Translations under genes and position numbers: made by a program
Origin: Hydrolagus colliei
Lineage: Eukaryota
DNA: 64,000 nt
Direction of reading: 5' to 3'
Assembly (NCBI GenBank): GCA_035084275.1
Contig: CM068750.1
Span: 9,486,001-9,550,000, forward strand
The notes under the pieces: generated by a model
Seen by the model: only the letters and a program-made list of their open reading frames with translations
Database searches by the model: none
Told to the model about the DNA's origin: nothing
In this document: in pieces, positions 12,069 through 23,180 of the stretch
Layout of the letters: each line of letters opens with the position of its first letter
Numbering within the stretch: position 1 is the first letter of the stretch

Positions 12069-12796
12069 AATAATTTGTCAAACCATGGATTCATTCACAT
12101 TAAAATGCAATCTAACCTGAAGAACGTATCAGCTAAATTGAACATGCTAAGACCAAGGTTACTTCCTGCTGGAATGCAACACCCCTGAGTTTTGTGGAAA
12201 CCCTAGGTGGTTCTCCCACTAATTTTGTTTTGTACACGTTAAACCTGACCTTTGTTGGCATCGAAACCCTGTAATCAATGATGTAGGAGGCTTTAAAACT
12301 TCTGTCACAGCAGCACACATTATTCAGAGGCTGTAGTTTACAGCGTAAACTATACGGTAGAACATTGGCACAATGGGCTGATTATGCTCTTGTGTAACTT
12401 TAGAGTGTTATGAATCACCTGTAATTGACATTCTGCTAATCAGTATGAGAATTATAGGTTTCCTGAAATGGTCCTGAGCAAAGTCAACGTGAACAATGTA
12501 TTCCTTTTGATGGCCTTTTGTTTGGGCTGCTTGAGGTGTTTCAGTTGCAGTTGTGTTGAGCTTCTGTGAAGTTTTCCATCGCCTGTCAGTCAGGTAGAGT
12601 GCCACCTCATCACATGTGTAGGGCAGGTAATGATGTTTGCTCGGCACATATGCAACACTATGGGGGAGTTTGCCCCATTGTAAAAGTAGATACAGAAATT
12701 GTCTTGAAATCAGGTTGTCCACTGTATAGATATCCCTTTTTCTCTTTATAACTCAACATGTTTCCTAAATATGCTCTTCCTAGCTATTCCTATTTG

Positions 12797-13376
12797 AACA
12801 ACAACAACTTGGATTTATATAATGCCCTCCACGACAGACGGCATCTTAGTGTGCTTCACAATAGTGGAGCCCGAGCCCGGGGAGGGGCAAGGTGACCGTG
12901 GGCGCAGTCGAACAGAAAGGTCTTCAGGCGCGACCTCAAAATGGAAAAGGAGGGTGTGAGGTGGAGGGATTGAGGGAGGGAGTCACAGGACGTAGTGACT
13001 GAAAGCATAGCCGCTAATGGTGGAGAGGAGGATTCGGGGGACAAGGAGGAGGCCAGACCCAGGAGAGCAGAAGCAGCGGGGTACTGCTGTGAGGAGAGAA
13101 GTTAGAAACATGTGGGGTGCAGAGGAGTGGAGGGATTTAAACACAAGCATAAGGATGAGCTGGATTTGGTAAATGGTGGCAGAGGGGAGACCGGCAAGGA
13201 TGGCGTTGGAATAGCCGAGAGGTGACAAAGGCATGGACCAGGGTTTTGGTAGCTTTCGGGGTGAGATATTGATGGAGACAGGCAATGTGGTGGAGATGGA
13301 AGAAGGCAGTGATGGTGAGGCACCAGATGTAGGGGGAGGAAAAAGTCGGCAAGCAATTCAACATGAGATATTGCCC
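12797..13376 (-). mobile_element. L2 LINE 3' end (ORF2 C-terminus plus type-A tail), frameshifted
   Basis: Minus-strand frames give AFFHLHHIACLHQYLTPKATKTLVHAFVTSRL, YSNAILAGLP, LVFKSLH and FRSRLKTFLFD-like (LRSRLKTFLFD), typical of L2 ORF2. It terminates GGAGGGCATTATATAAATCCAAGTTGTTGTTGTT. Confidence 0.9.
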
Positions 13377-13419
13377 CACCTCACTAGCCCAGCGGGCTAA
13401 CCATGTCTCACTGACCCCC

Positions 13420-13689
13420 TCTACGTGCTCCCAGTCACAGCGTACGCATTTTGGCTGCCACAATTGACCTCTGCTGCTTTCCCAAAATGCTCCCATCTCT
13501 GTTCGCAACCCTCCACTACCCCCAATCAATCCCCCTCTTTTTGACGGTCCCATTGGTCTCTCCAATTCCTCCACTTTGCCTCCACCGTGCCCAACCCCAG
13601 CTTGGGTCTGAAACAATTACTGTCCAGCACCTTGGGACGTCCTCCTGACGTGAAAGGCGATATACAAGTGTAATTTTGTTGTTGTTATT
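13420..13689 (+). mobile_element. L2 LINE 3' end with type-B tail
   Basis: Pyrimidine-rich L2-like 3' region ending CTTGGGACGTCCTCCTGACGTGAAAGGCGATATACAAGTGTAATTTTGTTGTTGTT. The same tail occurs at 47916, 51625, 53894 and 61741. Confidence 0.75.
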
Positions 13690-13751
13690 GATTCTTGTTT
13701 TATCTGTGAAAGTAGCAATTTTTTAGAAAACAAAGCTTTATCATTAAAAGG

Positions 13752-13941
13752 CCATAATAAATTGATATAGTGCCATAACATGTCTCCGAGACGTCTTGAA
13801 GCGCTTCACAGGATAGACTGTAAAGTGTAGTGACTGGGTGTTTGTGGGCAAAATACGGCAGCCAATTGGGTGCAGCAGTGTCCCATAAACAGTCATAGAT
13901 TGAGTGACCACATTATTATTATTTTGCAGGGATTATTATCC
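13752..13941 (-). mobile_element. SINE 3' two-thirds
   Basis: Reverse complement of GATAATAATCCCTGC..GGTCACTCAATCTATGACTGTTTATGGGACACTGC..AATTGGCTGCCGTATTTTGCCCACAAA..CTGTGAAGCGCTTCAAGACGTCTCGGAGACATG..GCACTATATCAA. Confidence 0.88.
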
Positions 13942-14429
13942 CTGGAAAATGATCTGCCAATCGACTAATGAGCGGGTACCTACTTACTGCTAGGTAAATA
14001 GAGGCGTTTCAAGGAAACTTGAATTAAAATAAAATGAAATAACAATAATAAATAAAATAAAGTCTCAATAATTAAAATACAAAATAACTTGTACTTGTAT
14101 AGTAGCAAGCACATATACTGTAATAATAAGAATGTTTTAAAGTGCTTTACCAAAGCACCATTTATAGGAAGTGCAGTAATAATAGCAAATAGTCATAATA
14201 ATAATCTTTGTATTTGACACAGCACCTTTCTGCCAGACACATGTCTTAGAATGATTCATGGAATTACTGCAGCTTAATGGATGGACTATATTATGGTTGG
14301 AGCACTTGTCGGGTGGGTAACAACAGTGCTTTTGGCCAGAAAAATTCATATCCTTTGAAAGTTTTCTATTTTAAAACATACATTCCTCTAACGACCTGCC
14401 TGTCTGCATTCACTTACTTTTTTTTATTT

Positions 14430-14805
14430 TCCTAGAATGCCTCAGTGCCATTGCTCACTTTTTGATCTCCTCACCATTCCCTCACTCAGGATCGCTGTCT
14501 CTTCATCCTATGCCTTTCTTTTTGTGCCTCCGTCTACCTCGCTTTCTCTCTCAGTAACAATTTTCCTGCAGGTTTCCCAATGTTTTGATCTTGTTTGTCT
14601 CCCAGTCTGGATGCTTCACTGCCTTTCTCTCTACCACAGGTCTCCAAGTCTCTAATTGCTTTACATATCGTCTTGTTCCTCCTCTCATTGTTCTCGTTTT
14701 ATGGCCCAATCTTCTCCTACTCTCCCAATGGCCTCTATCACTTTCTCTCTCTGTTGTACCTATCTAACAGCCACCTTGCCTTCATATCATTTTCTTTTTT
14801 CTAGT
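14430..14805. repeat. Pyrimidine (CT)-rich low-complexity tract
   Basis: Strong C/T bias on the + strand. It generates spurious Leu/Ser/Phe ORFs in all frames. Confidence 0.55.
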
Positions 14806-14996
14806 GATTGCCACCATTGATGAAAGCCCTGTTCTTCTCTTTCACACACTAGCTGTGCATGGCTCACATGGTTTTGAGTGAAGCTGCCACTCTGTGGATT
14901 ATTCACACATTTGAAAATCAGCCAGCATGTCAAGGAAGGTATAGTTTATTTGCTTTGCACCTCGTAGTTACACTGCCAGGCACAGAGGGAGAGGCA

Positions 14997-15072
14997 GATA
15001 GATCGATAGATCGATAGATCGATAGATCGATAGATCGATAGATCGATAGATCGATAGATAGATAGATAGATA
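14997..15072 (+). repeat. Compound microsatellite (GATAGATC)7(GATA)5
   Basis: Read directly from the sequence. Confidence 0.97.
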
Positions 15073-18000
15073 GGTTAATGTTTTAAAACTCTGGGCGGCA
15101 AATAAACACATATTGTTTTTCTCATACCACCCGTTGCTAGTTATATTTGATTAACGTTAGGATTTTGAATATAGCATTTCTCTGAAGATTGAATTGAGGG
15201 TAAAAAAGAAGTTAAGGTTTGAGCAGGGAATTTTGGCCCAACTCGCTAGAGTGTGTGTTTTCTTTTCTTGGTGAGCTATTACCATTAACATGTTAACAAG
15301 ATTGGCTTGCTGCATCTGGAACTATGAATTGTTCTGAGACACAACTGTTCATTGAAATGGTTAAACTATAGTATAAACAGCTCCAGACTCCACGTTGAAC
15401 ATGAGAGTGTACTATTTTTGTGGTAACTAATTGGACTTCTAATGTTTAACAGTTAGTATTTTGGTAGCCTGGGATGACTGGATAACTGTGAATTTTATTC
15501 CTGCCTATTGTCTTTACCTTGGAAAATTTTAAAAGCTGCAACCTCACTTAATCCTAATTAATCTGAACTGAGCCCATATTTCTAAACCGGGGCTTCATCC
15601 TCACACAAGGCTGTGCATGACAAACTCAAAACCAAGCACATCACAATCCCCAAATCACAACTGACAAAAAACAATAATTCCATTATTGTAGATTTAACAC
15701 AGTATTGAAAGAATAAATAGGAATATCTGACAAAGGTTAATGATAAGCAGCTTCACTATATTGGATAAAACTGGAACATGTTGGTTAGAATCATTTGAGG
15801 GTAACCAACAAATTGTACCTAGTTTCTACCATTTATTGTAACCATTTGCTGCAAAGAAAAGGATATAAGTGTAAAAGTTATTTAATGCTCAGACGCAAAA
15901 TGAATAATGAAAATTACAGGCCAAATTCTTGAATCTTAAATGAATGGATATGATGGTGTGATACATCTCCATATCCTTGCATGGCAGTGTTATGCAGCGT
16001 GGTTTTCATTAAAATGGCCAGAGGTAACAAATTTTCCAGGGTTTAGCTAATGGAGCTTGATTATGAGAAGAAGTTTTGTGACAATACAATTAGTCATGAC
16101 TGAGACTTTTTTTTGACAGACAGACACAGATTAATCCTTATAATCCCATCCTTCGGGCCCTATGCCTTCAGACGGATGTTAATAATTAGGCTTCTCATCC
16201 CTCCTTTTCCATCAAATGTGACCCTTTTTTCACTATACATGCATTAGGTTCTAGCGGCTTGGCTTTATCTGTGAGATAAGAAGAAAATTGATGGTTTATA
16301 GCCATTATAGCTGGTGTACTTGATACATCCATTTACTTCTGAAGTCTTCTATCTTCTCCAGGAATGGTGCACCTCACATGCTATATCCAGCAGGTACCAC
16401 ACGGTGGCAGCATTGTGCTACTGCTGAACAGTCTTCCTTCTGATGGTTTCTGATCTGATGAGCACCATCATCAAAGTGAGACTTTCTCATCCCCCTTCTC
16501 ATCCCCCTAATGTTGATATCTATGCAAGAGGGACTTGCTTGCATTTGATTTTTTTTTAAATTGAGTAATGTGAGGCATGCCGTGTTTGTAATACTGATCA
16601 CTTACTGAGCTCCATTTAAGAAATAATGATTTATTTGAGGTAAAAGAACCGTAGATGCATGGCATGTTATCTTTTTCATACATATCTACTGCAAAACACC
16701 TTCCCTTTTGGTTTTTTTTAATATCAGGGCATGCTGGGGCCATTTTCATTCCATCTGTGAGCAGGTGGATTGGAGATAACTCTCATTCAGCTTTGTTTTC
16801 TGCTGACACCATCATTAATCATTCCTTAAGCTACACTTCAACTTATAATAATCAGGACTGTCTGCTATATTCTGGGAAAGAATTGCCTTTCACACTGTAA
16901 TGTGAAATTGAAAGTGAATGGCCAAAGCTAGATGCCTCTCCAGCATTCCCAGTGTATCTCATCATTTAGGTATTTATCCATCTCAGTCTTGTATGGGGAG
17001 TGACTCTCACGTCCCATGAGGGCACAGATTGTAACAGAGGATCAGATTTGTTACCCTGGCTTTGGGCTTTGATTGTCCTCCTATAAGTTTGGGATTAAAC
17101 TGAAATTTCCCACAGGGCTGTGCAGGATTTGCTAGCATTTAAGTGTTTAACCTGTCTGTTTGTGAATGAGAATCCTGTGATCAACTGGTCCACAGAGAAT
17201 ACCTTGTTGTAAGATAGCATCAAATGACAGACAAGATCTCATTTCTCTAAATTCCTGCAAAGATTGGGATAAATTCTATTTTTTTTGCAAGTAGGTTGGT
17301 TGTGTACATTACAAGCAATGTACAAATATTGCAGTGAGAGTTACTCCCATTCCACATGGCCACAGAACAAATTTCCCTTTAAACAAACCAGACACTTTAT
17401 ATTGCAATTATTCTAAGGGTGAATACACACCCTTAGATTTTTACTTCTCTGTTTCTTTGGAAATGTTACTGATTCGAGGACTTAATAGTCCTCTCTGCTT
17501 TACAAAATCATGTTTTGGGGATATTTATTCCTCAAAGTATTTTTGTTTACACCACATCTTTTGAATCCTCAGACTTGTGTTCCAAATAAATTACCTGCGA
17601 TGAACCTACCTATTGAACTTGCATTCTTTTGGGATAAATTAAGCTGCCTCAGCCTTTATGCTTTTCACCCTAGCAAAACAAGAGGGACTTTCTTTTCCAA
17701 ACACAGGCCAGGTGCGCTGTGTAGGATATGCTCCAGTTAAAGAACCTCTATTCATGTGAAAGCCCCACCTGGCCCAACAAACATCCAGCCGACAGCCCGA
17801 AAATAAAACAAGGTCTACAATGTCAGAACATATTCCAGCTTTAATTCTTGTCGCTTTACAGTTCTAACCATGTTACAGTTTACTGTTCAGACCAGCCAGA
17901 GTGGCTCGTCAGCAGGACTTGAAGAGGGCAGACAAGTCACTTGGTGGTGGTGGAAGGGTGGGAGGGTGGGGGGGGGGTGAGATTCTCCTCTCTCAGCTCC

Positions 18001-19197
18001 CGTTAACCCTGAAAGCTGAAGCCCTTAAAACAGTGAGGCTTGCCAGACAGTGTTCTAAATGCAAGCTATGTGTTTGCTAGTTAAACATCAGGATCAGCCC
18101 AGCCAAAACACTTGGGGTCGCAAAACCTTGACTCTCGCCAAACTGCTACTGCTACTATTTTCTAGACTTAGTTGTGAGAGAGAATGTGTACTCGATTCCA
18201 GACAAAGGGAAATCTCCATGTGCAAGTGGTGTCTATATATGGAAGTCCTAGTCTGACAGTACATTTCTGTGTGTGCCAAACACCCAACCAACCTTGAATG
18301 ATTAACCTTGAATACAATTGGACTAAGTTTTGTCGTTAAACAAAACATAGATTTGTTCTTTAGAATAGACCACAATTTTAGTAATGTTCCTCTCTATGCT
18401 ATATTTGCACGTCTCATTCCTGTTCACCATTGCTAAACATTGTCACATTTCCACATTGCATTCTGTTTTTTTTACAACAGGTTTGGTTTCAATGTAGATT
18501 TACCCATGGCACAGGGTTCATAAGTAAATAATCAGAAATATTCAGCATTCATAAGTAAATCACAAGGTTCTGTAAGACAGACCACAAAGATTCCCTCGTA
18601 CATTTTTGGAAACAAAAATGATTGCAACCATTTATTTTGCAAACATACAATCATTCCTCTGATAAAGATAGAGATAAAAGCATGGGAACAGGCAGGTATA
18701 GTGATCAGGGCCACTAAACCTTAGTGAGTGCAGTTTCTATGTCAGGAGACTTGGAAATGCTCCAGTGAGTCAATCTTTACATGGCACAGACACTGAGGAT
18801 TCAAGGAGACTGTACGCTTTCCAATCCGACCTGGTGTTATAACTAAATCAGTTCAGAAAGATCCTACTCTCATGGTTATATTTTGCTTTCCCTTGCTTCA
18901 CTCAAGTGAAGGTTTTTCTTATGGTTGCTATCTCGCATAAAACCTATATTGAAATCAAACGTGTTTTAAAGAGAGAAGGTCTTTTCAGTTTCATCAGGTT
19001 GTGGTGTATATGGTACCCTTCCCCCCCGCCCACCCCCCCTCCTCCCTCCCCCGAAGCATTGACCTCAATACGCCACTGCATTCTTTCCAGCAAAGCCGGT
19101 GAAAATAACATGAAAAAAAATCTGATAGACAACTTGCTAACCTACAGTCAAACTGCAGTATTCCAGAGTAGCTTCTTATTCAGGTGAAGGGTCGGGC

Positions 19198-19228
<31 letters not shown>

Positions 19229-19249
19229 GGGCGTGTGTGTGTGTGTGTG
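19198..19249 (+). repeat. Interrupted (GT)n microsatellite next to a G-rich tract
   Basis: Two GT runs separated by GGTGGGGGGC, followed by G runs to ~19270. Confidence 0.95.
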
Positions 19250-20521
19250 GGGGTGGGGGGGGGAGGGGGTTGGAGATTGATGCAGAGAAACCTTAAAGTT
19301 AAAAAAAAATGTTTGCGACTTATTTGTGATGTTTTGCATAGGGTTCTTTTTTTTTAAAAAAAGAAAGTCTGTCTTTTTATTCTGTTGGTTCTGAAATATG
19401 AAAAGCAGAGACTAATGTTTGGGGTCCACTGCTAAAGAGGCTGCGTGTGAACTATCGTGTGGGCAATAGATTTCTTTACTGTTATTAATATGCAGACTTT
19501 ACGGGAGAGGAAACGTAAGGCGCGGGGAATATACATTTTGTTTTGGAGGCTGTAACATTCATACATCTGCAATAAAAGCTGAAAGATTAAGAATCTCCTG
19601 AATTGTCAAACAGCAGCATTGCTGTGCAAGGGCACAGCTTTCTTTTAAGGATGTTTTGGCTGAGGCTCTCCGAGGTGAGGCTTTCCTAGGTGATGTACCT
19701 CTTCATTTTGGATTTGATTTACACACCTGGTCCATTGGTCCTCTGGTGAGGCAGTTCATTTATGCTGGAGGGATGGAATTACACATCAAACGTGGTGTAA
19801 GCACCAGCTCCATCAGTCCCCACTCACAGCTTTGAGAGTCAGATGACTGAAGGTCAGATGCCGAAGAGTGACTCAATTTCTGCTCTTGCTTCTAAAGAGA
19901 CAAAGGTCCAGCGAGAGTCTCGTCCACACATTCATGGCACTGTCGTCGGTGGAACTGTGTGCTGAATGCTACACTGAGAGGGAATTTAACAGGGAAAAGT
20001 TTTCCTTTTAGCAGCCTGGCGCTCACTTCACTTATCCACTCAGCTGGACTTTCTGTTCTCTCTTTACATCCAGCAGTGATTGTATTTCTGGACAAAAAAA
20101 AATTGGGCAGAACAACACCATTGGGCATTCACTGCAATAGTACTGTGGCTGCCAGAACTGTGAAAAGCACTGAGCAGTTGTCAGGTGAAGTCATCTCCAG
20201 CAGTCGCCCATTAACATCACTTTAAGTAATATTCAGGTCTTTAACACAGAACTTAAAGTGGCTCTTTTTTTTCACACTGATTTGTTGCTTTTTTTTGGTT
20301 GCAAAAAAAAGTATTCTTTCTCCCTTTTCTACTTACTCACTCACTCTCACTCATTCACACTCTTAAATGACCTGCTCCCTGGCTTCTGCCAATCTCAGCC
20401 ACTTGGAGCTGGACTTGAGGAGGTACATGACAGTGGCCTGGGAGACAACTCTTGTACATCTTTCTTGTAACAAGCTTAGCTCCCAATCAAGTTGTGATCG
20501 ATAATCCAACAATGTTTTTTT

Positions 20522-20559
20522 GGGGGGTGGGGGGTGGGTGGGGGGGGGGGGGGGGGGGG
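20522..20559 (+). repeat. Poly-G / G-quadruplex-capable tract
   Basis: GGGGGGTGGGGGGTGGGT followed by 20 consecutive G. Confidence 0.9.
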
Positions 20560-22539
20560 TGAAGGCATGCGAGGGGATGAAGATGGTATACCTTCCCAAC
20601 ACATGCTGACGATTCACCAAAAGGCTCCATAAACACATAATACAGGCTGGTCAGTTAGGAAAACAACAAGGCAGATTGGGGTTGATCTTGCACTGACTTC
20701 TTGCATCCTGAAATGGCTAATACACCAAAAACATAGTAGCAATGTGCTTAGCATAGAATATTCATAAAGGTCGGCATCTAAGATATAACATTTTTGTATT
20801 TTTGTAGCATTTTTGTACTGCCAATGAGGATAAAAGTAGAATGGATGGACATAGCCCAAGCAAAAGTGTGTTTTGCATCAAATCAAATTAAAAAATATAT
20901 ATATTTACATCTCCGTAGAAAATGAAACATCTTCCTCTTCTGCAGCTGCACTATTGTGAATGGATTATAGATTTCCCTCCCAAAAGGAATACTGTAAAGA
21001 AATTCCCTGGATTAAAGATTTTCTCTCAAACATTTACACTGGCATTGGGCTTACTACAGGGAGCAGGCTTGTAGACTTTATCTGTAATGAAGAGTTTTTT
21101 TCCACTCCCATATATATGTCACCTTAAGCCAAAAGCACATAAATGGCAGTAGGGTTTAGATCCTCTAGGGATCAAGGAAAAGGAGTCTCCTAATATCTCA
21201 CAGTGCCTCTTCACTTTTATATTACAGGTTATTTATTACGTAGGTTGCTGAAGAATATAGTAGGAGACAAGAGACGGTCCAAAGCTGCAAAGCTTTTCAA
21301 AAATCTAACTAATGTCCATAAAGAGCCTTGCAGCGTCTAAAGTTCAAGACTCAGAGAAGGAGCAATTCTATGAGTTAATTCATCTCTTCCCTCTTGTTGC
21401 AAGAAATGTTTGTCATCTAGGATGGTCTCAACTCTCCTCTGTCCTGGGTGTCGCAGTTTTATGGAGGCAGCGAACATAAATTTCCATGTTTGGGTATAGG
21501 TGGTTTAGACATATTCAGCTGAACACAAATAAAAAGAGCTAAAGGTTTCAAAGACAATATAGCACTGAGCGTCATTAGGATCCATAACTCAAAGGCACAA
21601 TGTTGTTCTGGTTGCAGAATTCTCAGATGATGCTGAGACTGGACTGAGGCAGCTCCAGCCCCAAAGGTGTGACCCACTATTTAGGATGACGAATGCTCTT
21701 CATTGTTTCAGCTGCAGCACACACTGACCATTAAGCACCTGCTGTAAAGGGTGGCTGGGACTCTCACATGTGCTGTATCAATTGCAAATAAAATTTTAAC
21801 GGCGATTTTACACAGTGTTACAAGTGCCATAAAAATCCAGAGGGTTTGTTTTTATATTGTCTATTCATTTTAGTTTGAAAATATAAAATTGTTGACAATA
21901 TTCGCTGAGAATCACTGCATTAAATTGATACTGGTTAAAAGGTAACTAAACAAACACAGCCACTTTCAGGGGAAAGAAGGAGAAATGTATTGACACTGAC
22001 AAGTTCAGATTATCTCAGGCCATGTAAGATTGATTGCTGCTGACTACCCCCAGTCCTCCACTTCGCTTTGGAGTGTAATCATTCCTATTTTTTTTACTCT
22101 GTAAAATTCCCAGATGAATGTCCCCCTCTGTGTATTTTGCTTTTCAAAATGAATAGGATTGATCTGCATTCCAGAGAAAGATCTGTGAGATGTTCCTTTG
22201 TAACACTTTGTCATATCAACAGCTAATTCTTTGAGGCCACATTAAGTTCTGAAACCTTGGAGTAGCACATTTCTATAATCAAATGAATTGTAGCAGGTGA
22301 ATGCCAGCATGTCTATACCAGCCTGTCTGTTAACCATTCTTTACTGTCACTTATGTTCCAGGTGAAGGGGAAATGCTTTTTTTACATTTAATGCATCTCA
22401 AATTGGGAGCTGTAGCAAATGTCACAATGCTATTAAGTGCTTCTCACAGCATTTGTTGTGCTAACCTCATGGATTTCCCGTTTATTCAACAGGGTAAGGG
22501 TTAATATGCTTACTGCATTCTGCTGTGTGATAGATTGAC

Positions 22540-23180
22540 ACGATTGATTTTATCAATGAAATTATAACCTTCCGTCTTTCTGTGTTAGTATTTTTCTTAA
22601 ACAGACATTTGCTTTGAATCAGCCACCGTCATCGGCCCAATTCTTTTCATTCTCTGGGTCCCCGTATCTAGTCCCCGCTTTGTGTTAATCTTTAGCTGCA
22701 TTTTGAACTTCAGTTTTTATCTTCAGATAAAGGGCGGCTTTCATTGTAAAGCAGTTGTTTAGCAGGATTATCTTGCTTTTGTTGATATGCAGAGGATACT
22801 GGGTAGGAAGTTGTTGAATATATGGAGGGGGAAATCATAAAACTCTTGGAGCAACAAAATTGTAAAGAAAGAGCGAGGTCGGGCCCAAACGGTGAAATGT
22901 TATCGATCCCAGAAACGAGGGGTTTCAGATTTATTCAGGAAAAAAATAACATGTCATCCTCAACACCAAGTTTGGATGGGTCTGTCCCTTTAAAAAAAAA
23001 GCAACTGTTCACGTGCAGTGAAGAATCTTATTTTTAATCTGCTCACAGATTAAAAGTGTGAGCGATGCCGTATTTGCAATAATGCAGCGAAACTCTATAC
23101 TTCTCTCCAAGGCTTATGTTGTCAACGTCTTCAAGGGAGTGACAACTCAATGTTTATTTTAAAAATCTTGCTTCTAAATA
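22540..23180. promoter_or_regulatory. Candidate conserved non-coding element cluster
   Basis: Repeat-free, locally CpG-retaining sequence with AGATAA, CATTGT and TGTTTA motifs. Conservation was not tested. Confidence 0.3.

Noticed and set aside
12856-13648. Cluster of overlapping ORFs up to 159 aa
   Set aside because: These are frameshifted L2 ORF2 remnants and their antisense or alternative frames, not a host gene.
14437-14804. Three overlapping hydrophobic ORFs
   Set aside because: An artefact of CT-rich low complexity.
16441-16470. Hairpin TGATGGT...ACCATCA with CTGA/TGATGA boxes (snoRNA/miRNA-like)
   Set aside because: The stem is only 7 bp, and box order and spacing do not fit a C/D snoRNA. 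It is too short for a pre-miRNA.
19801-19965. 54-codon open frame with protein-like composition (..MTEGQMPKSDSIS..)
   Set aside because: It is bounded by stops, has no clear splice acceptor and no recognisable homology.
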